This document shows, piece after piece, positions 34,821-44,640 of a DNA stretch of 64,000 nucleotides (position 1 is its first letter; each line of letters starts with the position of its first letter). Source of the DNA: Oscillospiraceae bacterium (GTDB lineage Bacteria; Bacillota; Clostridia; Oscillospirales; SIG627); the NCBI GenBank assembly GCA_034925865.1, contig JAYFRN010000006.1:10236-74235 (forward strand), given 5' to 3'. The notes beneath the pieces are model-generated. The model had not been told where the DNA came from and did not search any database. It was given only the letters and a program-made list of their open reading frames with translations. The position numbers and the translations under genes are program-made.

Positions 34821-35029
34821 AATACCTCTCATATTTTCGGCCTTCCACTCCTGCGGTCGTGCCGTATTTAACGCCCGTAAAGGCATTAACGAGTAAATTA
34901 TAATATTAAAACTCAAAAAAGTAAAGGGTATTTATAATATTGTTGTTAATTTTCCGTAATTTTCACATTATTTGTCACATGATTTTTCCACGCGGATTTT
35001 TATTTGATATTAATTCTGTCGCTTTATCA

Positions 35030-35058
35030 TTGAAATTATCTTTTATATTTGATATAAT
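35030..35058 (+). promoter_or_regulatory. SigA-type promoter candidate for the SLOG-ATPase-radical SAM operon
   Basis: TTGAAA (35030-35035), 17-nt spacer, TATAAT (35053-35058). Confidence 0.55.
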
Positions 35059-35090
35059 ATCTTCGATAAAAAGATTTCGGAGGAATTACT

Positions 35091-35615
35091 TTGGGCTGCG
35101 TTTGCTGTTTTACCGGTCACCGGTTTTCAGGCCTTCCGTTCGGATCTGACGAATCTGACGAAAAGTGCATGAAATTGACTGATCTTATCTACAAACAAAT
35201 ACGCTTTTTATACGATTTTTGCGGAGTTGATACTTTTATAACCGGGATGGCTCTCGGAATCGATCAGATCGCCGCGGAGCAAACGCTGTCTATTAAACGT
35301 ATTCATCCGAATATAAGGCTTATCTGCGCTCTTCCATGTGAGAAGCAATATTCAAAATGGACATACGAGCAGGAAGCGCGTTTCAGAGCTATTCTCTCAA
35401 AGGCCGATGATTCAAAAATTCTTCAAGTAAATTACAGTCCGGACTGTATGCATAAGCGCAACAAATATATGGTTGATAATTCCGATTTCGTACTTGCGGT
35501 CTGGGACGGCTCCTCCGGCGGAACTTCTCAGACTGTCAGATATTCCCTTAAAAAGAAGAAACGCGTTATAATCATCAATCCCGTAACGTTTGAAATTAAA
35601 AAGGAAAATATATGA
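35091..35615 (+). CDS. SLOG-superfamily protein, DUF1273/YpsA-like
   Basis: TTG start 7 nt after GGAGG. CCFTGHR, FITGMALGIDQIAAE, ALPCEKQYSKW, NKYMVDNSDFVLAVWDGSSGGT are collinear with the YpsA family. Confidence 0.75.
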   Translation: MGCVCCFTGHRFSGLPFGSDESDEKCMKLTDLIYKQIRFLYDFCGVDTFITGMALGIDQIAAEQTLSIKRIHPNIRLICALPCEKQYSKWTYEQEARFRAILSKADDSKILQVNYSPDCMHKRNKYMVDNSDFVLAVWDGSSGGTSQTVRYSLKKKKRVIIINPVTFEIKKENI

Positions 35616-36562
35616 ACCAGAACATATTTATGGGTATAGACGGCGGCGGCACAAAAACCGACATAGCTATCGTGTCAGATTCCGGAAAAGCCATCGCAAA
35701 AAAATCGTTTGCAGGCTCAAATCCGAACGACTCCGGACTTGATAACGCCTGTCAGTCGCTTCAAAATTATATAAAAGATATTTTGTCTGGCTCCGAACTG
35801 TCAGAAACCGATATTACAGCTTGCTTTGCCGGAATCTCGGGAGCATCCACAGGTAGAAATTTAATAAAACTCAATGATTTTTTACATATTGTATTGCCTC
35901 AGACCTTATTAAAAATCGGTTCGGACGCTCATAATTGTATTTCATGCGGTATTTATCATAATAACGGATGCTGTATGATCGCCGGAACAGGTTCATCTGC
36001 TTTTGCGCGAAAAGGTGAAAAGCTGTTCCAATGCGGCGGATGGGGATATCTTGTTGACGACGCCGGAAGCGGCTTTTCAATCGGACGCGACGGTTTATGC
36101 GCAGCCTTCCGGGCGAGAGACGGCAGAGGTGAAAAAACTGTTTTAGCAAAGCTGCTCGACGAGCGTTATGGTGCGCCGTTTTCCATGAAGCTGGATGAAT
36201 TTTATAAAGGCGGAAAAAGCGCGGTCGCCGCAGTCGCTCCGATTGTTTTCATGGCCCGTTCTCTCGGCGATACAGTCGCAGTCGCAATAATCGATAAAGC
36301 AGTCGACGAAATTAAACTTCATATTTCAGTCCTTAAAAGCTATTTTCCCGATGAAGAATGCCGCGTCGTTCTTTGCGGAGGTATGTTCCGTGATAAAGAT
36401 GTCATTCCCGTCATGCTTCAAAAATTAATCGGAGAAGGCATTGAGCTTATAAATCCTATTGCTCCTCCAGTTTTTGGCGCAGTAGCCGAAGCGATGAATA
36501 TCACCGGTATCAAAGCCGGTAAAAGAGAAGAAGAAGCTTTTATGAATTCTATATCAATATAA
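35612..36562 (+). CDS. BadF/BadG/BcrA/BcrD-type ATPase (N-acetylglucosamine kinase-like, ASKHA fold)
   Basis: MGIDGGGTKTD phosphate-1 motif, IAGTGS, GGWGYLVDDAGSG. ATGA overlap with the SLOG gene. Confidence 0.8.
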   Translation: MNQNIFMGIDGGGTKTDIAIVSDSGKAIAKKSFAGSNPNDSGLDNACQSLQNYIKDILSGSELSETDITACFAGISGASTGRNLIKLNDFLHIVLPQTLLKIGSDAHNCISCGIYHNNGCCMIAGTGSSAFARKGEKLFQCGGWGYLVDDAGSGFSIGRDGLCAAFRARDGRGEKTVLAKLLDERYGAPFSMKLDEFYKGGKSAVAAVAPIVFMARSLGDTVAVAIIDKAVDEIKLHISVLKSYFPDEECRVVLCGGMFRDKDVIPVMLQKLIGEGIELINPIAPPVFGAVAEAMNITGIKAGKREEEAFMNSISI

Positions 36563-36568
36563 AGCATT

Positions 36569-37438
36569 ATGCACTACATACATGTAAAAGGAATACTGTC
36601 GTCTCAGAACGGCATGAATTTATATCGCGGCTGTACACACGGATGTATTTATTGCGACAGCCGCAGCAAATGCTATCAATTCACACATGACTTCGAAGAT
36701 ATAGAAGTCAAGCAAAATGCTCCGGAGCTATTGGAAAAATCGCTTAAAGCAAAGCGCAGGAAATGCATGATCGGAACGGGTTCGATGTGTGATCCGTATA
36801 TGCACTGCGAACAACAGCTCGGACTTACCCGTCGCTGCCTTGAAATCATCGATCAGTATGGCTTTGGCCTTTCGATTCAGACCAAATCCGATCGCGTTTT
36901 ACGTGATCTGGATTTATTGAAAAGCATCAACGAAAAATCAAAATGTGTCGTTCAAATGACACTGACAACATACGACGAGAATTTATGTAAAATCCTGGAG
37001 CCTAATGTCTGTTCAACGAAATATCGTTTTGAAGTTCTTAAAATACTGCGTGACAACAAAATTCCGTCAGTAGTATGGCTGTCTCCGCTTTTACCGTATA
37101 TAAACGATACCGAAGACAATCTTCGGGGAATACTTGAATATTGCGTTGAGGCAAAGGTTTTCGGAATTATTTGCTTCGGCATCGGCATGACACTGCGCGA
37201 GGGCGACCGTGAATATTTTTACGCGGCCCTCGACCGAAGCTTTCCCGGGCTTCGTGCGAAATATCAAAGCAAATACGGTTATGCATATGAAGTTATGAGC
37301 GAAAATAGCGAAGCGCTTATGAGAATATTTCAATCGGAATGCAACAAGCATGGCATCATGAAAGGCAACGAAAGAATATTTGCTTATCTGCATGAATTTC
37401 CCGAACAGCCGAAGCCCGAACAGCTGAGCCTTTTTTAA
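36569..37438 (+). CDS. Radical SAM protein, SPL/'DNA repair photolyase' (COG1533-like) family
   Basis: 289 aa. GCTHGCIYCDS (CxxxCxxC) near the N-terminus. Family-typical length and MCDPY motif. Confidence 0.75.
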   Translation: MHYIHVKGILSSQNGMNLYRGCTHGCIYCDSRSKCYQFTHDFEDIEVKQNAPELLEKSLKAKRRKCMIGTGSMCDPYMHCEQQLGLTRRCLEIIDQYGFGLSIQTKSDRVLRDLDLLKSINEKSKCVVQMTLTTYDENLCKILEPNVCSTKYRFEVLKILRDNKIPSVVWLSPLLPYINDTEDNLRGILEYCVEAKVFGIICFGIGMTLREGDREYFYAALDRSFPGLRAKYQSKYGYAYEVMSENSEALMRIFQSECNKHGIMKGNERIFAYLHEFPEQPKPEQLSLF

Positions 37439-37627
37439 CGCCGAAGGAAAACTCTTTACTATAAAAAACCCATACTATACTTCCGGAGTGTTTTTAATTC
37501 AAGAAAGGTTCTTCACGGAAAGATATGGATTAAAAATACAGATAATGCTTCTGCAAAAAACCTGCGGCATAATTCAATGGTTACTGAAAAGAAAATTCAT
37601 GAGCTACTTGCAATTGATTGAATTAAA

Positions 37628-37661
37628 TGCTGCCTGCAGACAATTACGTTTGCAGGCAGCA
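37628..37661. terminator. Bidirectional terminator between the radical SAM gene (+) and potD (-)
   Basis: TGCTGCCTGCA...TGCAGGCAGCA 11-bp stem. TTTTAAAAA follows on the plus strand and ATTTAATT on the minus strand. Confidence 0.75.
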
Positions 37662-37674
37662 TTTTAAAAAGTAA

Positions 37675-38781
37675 TTATTGATTTGAACTTTTTACTTCAA
37701 TCCAAAGATCTCTCATCAGATTATCGATATCATCGGGTAAATAGCGGTAATGCTCCCACTTGTCACTTATATCAGGATATGATATGCCGTCGTTCTTGAC
37801 GTCGTCACCGAGAAGGTCGTAAACCGCTTTATTCGGAGTCGAATATCCGACATATTCGGTATTCAATTTGCCGATCTCGGCCTTGAGCATGAAATTTATA
37901 AATTTTTCCGCGAGTTCCTTTTTACCGCTTGTCACAGGAATGCAGAACGCGTCATTAAATATATTTGTTCCGCTTTTGGGGATCGCAAAAGCCAGATCCT
38001 CGTTCTCTGCGTGAACTGTTATATAGTCGCCGGCATAATAAGGCATCATATATGCGTTTTCGCTGGGAAGCATTTCAAAGAATTCATCCATTTTATAAAT
38101 GAAATTCTGCTTTTTAAGCTCCGCGGCGGCGGCACGTATCTCATCTGGATTTGTCGAATTCATGGAATAGCCGAGCTTGTTTAACGCAATCGCGAACGCG
38201 TCGCGGGGATTGTTGAACATGAGTATCTTTCCTTGATATTTGTCACTCCAGAGTATATCCCAGCTGTCAACCGGCTCCGTAATATATTTTTTATTGTATA
38301 TTATGCCGACGGTTCCCCAGAAATAAGGAACGGTATATTCATTATCCGGGTCATATTCTAGATTTTTAAAATCGTCCATTATATTTGAATAATTCGGGAT
38401 ATTTGAATAATCAATTTTCGCGAGCATATTCTCTTTGACCATTTTTTCAATCATATAATCGGAAGGAACGATTACATCGCATTTTGCTCCGCCGGATTTG
38501 AGCTTGGCATATAACTCCTCATTGGTAGCGAAATTGCGGTATTTGACTTTAATTCCGGTTTCCTGAGTGAAAAGCTTTATCACGTCATCCGCCGCGTCGA
38601 CATCGGCGCCGGTGGACATATACTGTCCCCAGTTGTATACGACGATTGTGTTGGCATCGTCTCCGCAGGATGCAAGCGGGAGGGCGACGGATACGCAAAG
38701 CGCACAGATAATTAAGACAGAGAGAAGTTTTTTCAATTCAGTTGAGCCTTTCTTTATATTATTTTTGTTTTTCATTTTCAT
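37675..38781 (-). CDS. potD: Spermidine/putrescine ABC transporter substrate-binding lipoprotein
   Basis: Lipobox LPLASC. PotD-family motifs (VVYNWGQY, PSDYM, YFWGT). Last gene of the pot operon. Confidence 0.88.
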   Translation of the reverse strand: MKMKNKNNIKKGSTELKKLLSVLIICALCVSVALPLASCGDDANTIVVYNWGQYMSTGADVDAADDVIKLFTQETGIKVKYRNFATNEELYAKLKSGGAKCDVIVPSDYMIEKMVKENMLAKIDYSNIPNYSNIMDDFKNLEYDPDNEYTVPYFWGTVGIIYNKKYITEPVDSWDILWSDKYQGKILMFNNPRDAFAIALNKLGYSMNSTNPDEIRAAAAELKKQNFIYKMDEFFEMLPSENAYMMPYYAGDYITVHAENEDLAFAIPKSGTNIFNDAFCIPVTSGKKELAEKFINFMLKAEIGKLNTEYVGYSTPNKAVYDLLGDDVKNDGISYPDISDKWEHYRYLPDDIDNLMRDLWIEVKSSNQ

Positions 38782-39574
38782 AAGCGAGCTGAGATTTTCT
38801 GCTTGCTCTTGTATCCTTTAAGTTCATAAGCAGCAGAGTGAGAATGACTATGATGAACAATAACGCGCTGAGTGCATTTATGGAAAGCGGTATCGGCTTT
38901 TTTAAAAGGCCGTAGATATAAATCGGAAGTGTCTGAAAAGTGCCGCTCGTAAAATAACTGATGATGAAATCGTCAAGTGAAAATGTGAAGGCCATTAAAA
39001 ATCCCGCGAAAACGCCAGGAAATATCTCCGGCAAGACAACTTTACGAAAAGCCGCAGACGGCACGCAGCCGAGATCGAGCGCCGCCTCATACAGGTTTAC
39101 GTTCATATTCCGTATACGTGGCATTACATTCAAAATGACGTAAGGCGTATTGAATACGATATGCGCAAGCAGCACCGTGACAAAGCCGAGATCGAGTCCG
39201 AGAGGATCCATGATGAATACAAAAAGCAAAAGCAGCGAAACACCCGTCACTATCTCCGGATTTATAATCGGAAGATTTGATACATTCATGACGACACCTT
39301 TAACGCGTTTGGACAGGTTGTGTATTCCTATTGCCGCGGCGGTTCCCAGTATTGTCGCCGCGACAGAAGAAAGCACGGCGATTAAAAGCGTGTTAAGAAG
39401 CGCCTCCATCAGTATTTCGTCTCTGAATAATGCTTCATACCATCGGAAGGAAAACCCCGAAAAAATTGTTTTTGACTTTGTCGAGTTAAACGAGAAGAAA
39501 ATCATAACAAGGATCGGAGCGTAAAGAAACAGAAAAACTATGCCTAAGTAAATCTTTGAAATAAGCTTTTTCAT
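38759..39574 (-). CDS. potC: Spermidine/putrescine ABC transporter permease
   Basis: 271 aa, six TM segments. EAALDLG EAA-loop motif. Confidence 0.85.
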   Translation of the reverse strand: MKKLISKIYLGIVFLFLYAPILVMIFFSFNSTKSKTIFSGFSFRWYEALFRDEILMEALLNTLLIAVLSSVAATILGTAAAIGIHNLSKRVKGVVMNVSNLPIINPEIVTGVSLLLLFVFIMDPLGLDLGFVTVLLAHIVFNTPYVILNVMPRIRNMNVNLYEAALDLGCVPSAAFRKVVLPEIFPGVFAGFLMAFTFSLDDFIISYFTSGTFQTLPIYIYGLLKKPIPLSINALSALLFIIVILTLLLMNLKDTRASRKSQLAYENEKQK

Positions 39575-39618
39575 GTTTATGATCCTCTCTCCTCTCTGTA
39601 TATAAGCTTTATAACTGT

Positions 39619-40428
39619 TTAAATCAATATTGCGTCTTCGCCTTTATCGAAGCGGTTCATAATTGCCATACTTATGACAATGATGATCATCAATACGAGG
39701 CTGAGCATGCTGCCCATATTGATGTTGGGGGAGCTTCCGACATAATACTGTTCTATCGCGTCGCCTATCATCATGCCGTTTCCGAGGCGCTGGCTTATGA
39801 CAAAGGTACTTGCGGCGGGGACAAAAACCATAGTTATTCCTGTAATGACGCCCGGAATGCTAAGCGGAAAGACAATGCGTTTGAATATGTTGTAGCCGTT
39901 ACATCCGAGATCCTGTCCGGCCTCTATCAAAGATTTATCAATTTTTGACATCACGGTATAAATAGGTATGATCATAAACGGAAGAAAATTATATATCATT
40001 ACCGTTATAACCGCTCCGTCGTTATTGATCAGCTGCTGTCGTTCAAGTCCGAAATACACGAGGATATTGTTTATTATGCCGTTGCTTTCAAGTAAAGTCA
40101 TCCACGCGTATATTCTGAGCAGAAAATTCATCCACATCGGCAGCATGATCAGCATATTCATCGTGCGCTGTTTATTAACTGACATTTTACTTATTATATA
40201 AGCAAACGGATATCCGGCGACAAGACAGATAACCGTCGTTATAAACGCCATACGAAGCGAATCGATGTAAACTCTCACGATATACGGGTTGGTCAGATAT
40301 TTTAAATTATCAAATGAAAAGGCTCCGGCATCATCGGTAAATGAATAATATAATACCATGCCAAGCGGAATGACGGTAAAAAAAATCATCCAAACTAAAT
40401 AAGGATAAAACGGCTTTCTGGATTTCAT
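39619..40428 (-). CDS. potB: Spermidine/putrescine ABC transporter permease
   Basis: 269 aa, multi-TM. EAGQDLG EAA-loop. 4-nt overlap with potA. Confidence 0.85.
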   Translation of the reverse strand: MKSRKPFYPYLVWMIFFTVIPLGMVLYYSFTDDAGAFSFDNLKYLTNPYIVRVYIDSLRMAFITTVICLVAGYPFAYIISKMSVNKQRTMNMLIMLPMWMNFLLRIYAWMTLLESNGIINNILVYFGLERQQLINNDGAVITVMIYNFLPFMIIPIYTVMSKIDKSLIEAGQDLGCNGYNIFKRIVFPLSIPGVITGITMVFVPAASTFVISQRLGNGMMIGDAIEQYYVGSSPNINMGSMLSLVLMIIIVISMAIMNRFDKGEDAILI

Positions 40429-41885
40429 CTGCCGTCGCCTCCTATAGGCTTTTTGATTGATACAATACGGGCATTTTCATGATGGAGCCTTATGCCGACA
40501 CGCGTTCCGACCTGTTCGTCGTTTGTCGATTTGATCAAATATCTGCGTTCGTCGGTGATGACGATCATCTCATTGTCTCTGTTTTTCCATATGACGCTGT
40601 CAAGATATCCGTTGAAATCTCCCTCGTCTTCCGGAACAACCTCGACTGTTTCCGGAGAAAGAGAAAAAGTAATATCGTCGCCTTCTTCGGCTTCAGAATA
40701 CTTATCATCAAGAACAGCTGAAAACGTTTCGTCCTCGAGAGAATATTCGGCGTATTTATTTCCGTCTTCTTCAGAAATTTTCTTAATGGAAACAGTGATG
40801 ACATTTTCGGCGTCTTCAAACATTCGTTTCATGATGTGAGTGTTTTCGGGTGTGATATACATGCCAATTTCCCGTCCCACTTCGGCAGCAGCGGTGGAAT
40901 GAATAAGCCATGAATAACCGCAGACATCAACGGTCATCTCGTAATGTACGCCTTTAAACATACTTGATGTAACAACGCCGGTCAAAACGCCCTTTTCCGG
41001 CGAGGTGATTTCAATATCCTCAGGACGGACGACAAGATCGACATATTCGGATCCTTCGGGACGAATATCGACACATTCAAAAGTACGCCCGCAAACGGAG
41101 ACAGAATAATCTTTATCCATTACGGCATCGAGAATATTGGCTTCGCCGATAAAATCTGCGACAAAGGCATTCGCCGGTTCATTATAAATTGTCTGCGGCG
41201 TGCCTATCTGTTGGATTGCGCCGGATTTCATAACAACGATCACGTCTGACATCGTCAGTGCTTCTTCCTGATCGTGTGTAACGTATATAAACGTAATGTT
41301 CGCCTGCTTCTGAATCATTTTAAGCTCGAGCTGCATATCCTTGCGCAGCTTGAGATCAAGAGCTCCGAGCGGCTCGTCCAGGAGAAGCAGCCGCGGCATA
41401 TTGATCAAAGCGCGGGCTATGGCAACTCTTTGCTGCTGTCCGCCGGACAGCTTTGAAACAGGGCGCTTTTCATAGCCCTTGAGGTCGACCATCGCAAGCA
41501 TTTTTTTAACTCGCGTATTAATCTCCTCCTTCGGAGTTTTTTTGATCCTGAGCCCGAACGCAATATTATCGTAAACATTAAGATGCGGAAACAGCGCGTA
41601 ACGCTGAAAAACGGTGTTAACCGGCCTTTTATGAGGCGGGACATCGTTTACTACCGCGTTTTCGAATATGATATCTCCGGAAGTCGGCGATTCAAAACCG
41701 CCAATAAGCCGGAGTATTGTTGTTTTTCCGCAGCCCGAAGGGCCGAGAAGCGTGACAAAGGCCTTGTCCTTGATGTAAAGATTTATGTGCTTGAGGACGT
41801 CCTCACCGTCAAATGATTTGCATATATCGCAAAGACGGACAAGAACATCAGAACAGGACCCGTTTTCGGTCATCTCACTGTACAT
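40425..41885 (-). CDS. potA: Spermidine/putrescine ABC transporter ATPase with extra C-terminal domain
   Basis: GPSGCGKTT, LSGGQQQRVAIARAL, LLLDEP, VTHDQ. A TOBE-like region is followed by ~115 additional residues, giving 486 aa total. Confidence 0.88.
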   Translation of the reverse strand: MYSEMTENGSCSDVLVRLCDICKSFDGEDVLKHINLYIKDKAFVTLLGPSGCGKTTILRLIGGFESPTSGDIIFENAVVNDVPPHKRPVNTVFQRYALFPHLNVYDNIAFGLRIKKTPKEEINTRVKKMLAMVDLKGYEKRPVSKLSGGQQQRVAIARALINMPRLLLLDEPLGALDLKLRKDMQLELKMIQKQANITFIYVTHDQEEALTMSDVIVVMKSGAIQQIGTPQTIYNEPANAFVADFIGEANILDAVMDKDYSVSVCGRTFECVDIRPEGSEYVDLVVRPEDIEITSPEKGVLTGVVTSSMFKGVHYEMTVDVCGYSWLIHSTAAAEVGREIGMYITPENTHIMKRMFEDAENVITVSIKKISEEDGNKYAEYSLEDETFSAVLDDKYSEAEEGDDITFSLSPETVEVVPEDEGDFNGYLDSVIWKNRDNEMIVITDERRYLIKSTNDEQVGTRVGIRLHHENARIVSIKKPIGGDGR

Positions 41886-42268
41886 TGCCTCAGCTCCGGC
41901 ATTCGGAACCGGGCCATCCTTTCACCATTTAAATTATTCAGGAAAACGCTTAATCAGTAATGTTATATTTTTGATCATTTCCGATAAAAAAGCAACAATA
42001 ATATACAACGTATTTACGTAAATGTCAATATTATTTGAGTATTTTTTTGTTTATTCTTCAAAATTCGGGATTTTACCGCGAAAAATCGCAATATTTTACA
42101 GATTTTCGTCAAAATGCTCCGTTTTCCTCAATTATTCTTATTATAACTCTGATTTACATGACTTCAATAATTCAGAAATAATTTTCATTGCCCCGTTTAT
42201 CCAGCAAACCTTTATTTATATTTGCTTCGATTTCTCGGGATAAACATGCCCATTTTTTAAGCTTCTTA

Positions 42269-42297
42269 TTTACAAGCGGTTTCTGATATGTTATAAT
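42269..42297 (+). promoter_or_regulatory. SigA-type promoter candidate for the mtlD-like/tgt operon
   Basis: TTTACA (42269-42274), 17-nt spacer, TATAAT (42292-42297). Confidence 0.55.
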
Positions 42298-42336
42298 CGT
42301 CATGAAAAAGTTTTAACATAAGAAGGTAACAATCAA

Positions 42337-43488
42337 ATGAAAAAAGCAGTTGTTTTCGGAGCGGGAAATATAGGCAGAGGTCTTGCCGGAAGAATTTTTT
42401 CCGAGTCCGGATACGAAGTGGTTTTTGTCGACGTCAATAAAGAGCTGTTGACACGCATCAATGAAGCGGGGTGCTATCCGCTTTATGTTACAAAAGGAGA
42501 AGGATATGACAAACGAGTGGTTGGACCGGTCCGCGCGATTGACGGCCGCGATATGGATGCCATCTGCAATGAAACAGATTCGTGCGACATTGCCGCTACC
42601 GCATGCGGTGTCAACGTTCTTCCTATAATAGCAAAATCCGTCGCAGCCGTCATAAGGCACAGATGTACTCAAGACAATCCCAGGCCCTTGAATTTTATAT
42701 TATGTGAAAATAAAATAGATGTTCATGTTTACATGAAGGAGCTGCTGTTTCCTCTTTTGAACGAAAAAGAAAGCGAATATGCAAAAACACATATAGGCTT
42801 ATTGCAGTCTTCCATAGGCTGTATGGTTCCCGCTCCTTCTCCCGCGCTTCTTGCGGAGAATCCTCTGATCATTGCCGTTGAAAATTACAATAAAATATAC
42901 ACGGATAAAAGCGGTGCGGTAGGAGAGCTTCCCGATATATCAGCGCTTATCGCATATGAGCCTTTCGATTTTTATATAAAGAGAAAACTGTATATGCATA
43001 ATATGAGTCATTGCGTGCTTGCTTATCACGGATATAAAAAAGGATATAAATACGTATACGAAGCTATCGCAGACAAGGAAATCCGCGATATCGTCCGTGC
43101 CGCTCTGCGCGAATCCGCAATCGCTCTCGCAAAAGCATACGGCCAGAGTGCGGACGAGCTTTATGAGCACGGAGACGATCTGATCACACGCTATGGCAAC
43201 AAGCTTCTCGGAGATACTCTCGCCAGAGTAGGCGCCGATCCGAAACGCAAGCTTTCACGTGCGGATAGGCTCACCGGAGCGGCTCTGTTTTGTCTTGAAA
43301 ACGGAGTTTTCCCCGAACATATAATTCCCGCAATTATCCTCGGATTTTCATTCAATCCCGAAAATGATCCCACCGCACCCGAAATTGCAGCTTATATCAA
43401 TGAAAATGGATTTGAAAAATCAATTGAAAAATACTGTGGTCTGTCTTCCGGCGAAGAGCTTTATAAGCTCATCGTCGCGCGTTCATAA
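42337..43488 (+). CDS. Mannitol dehydrogenase family protein (mannitol-1-phosphate 5-dehydrogenase-like)
   Basis: MKKAVVFGAGNIGRGLAGRIFSESGYEVVFVDV matches the MtlD N-terminal Rossmann signature. Length 383 aa. Confidence 0.75.
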   Translation: MKKAVVFGAGNIGRGLAGRIFSESGYEVVFVDVNKELLTRINEAGCYPLYVTKGEGYDKRVVGPVRAIDGRDMDAICNETDSCDIAATACGVNVLPIIAKSVAAVIRHRCTQDNPRPLNFILCENKIDVHVYMKELLFPLLNEKESEYAKTHIGLLQSSIGCMVPAPSPALLAENPLIIAVENYNKIYTDKSGAVGELPDISALIAYEPFDFYIKRKLYMHNMSHCVLAYHGYKKGYKYVYEAIADKEIRDIVRAALRESAIALAKAYGQSADELYEHGDDLITRYGNKLLGDTLARVGADPKRKLSRADRLTGAALFCLENGVFPEHIIPAIILGFSFNPENDPTAPEIAAYINENGFEKSIEKYCGLSSGEELYKLIVARS

Positions 43489-44619
<1,131 letters not shown>

Positions 44620-44640
44620 ATTACAATCTGGAGGTACCGG

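Noticed and set aside
37545-37667. 40-aa ORF (MLLQKTCGIIQWLLKRKF...) between the radical SAM gene and potD
   Set aside because: Its 3' third is encoded by the terminator hairpin itself and it has no SD, so it is most likely fortuitous.
42022-42243. 73-aa ORF in the potA / mtlD-like divergent intergenic region
   Set aside because: Phe/Ile/Tyr/Ser-rich translation of AT-rich promoter DNA, with no SD. The neighbouring ORF 41785..42021 is similar.
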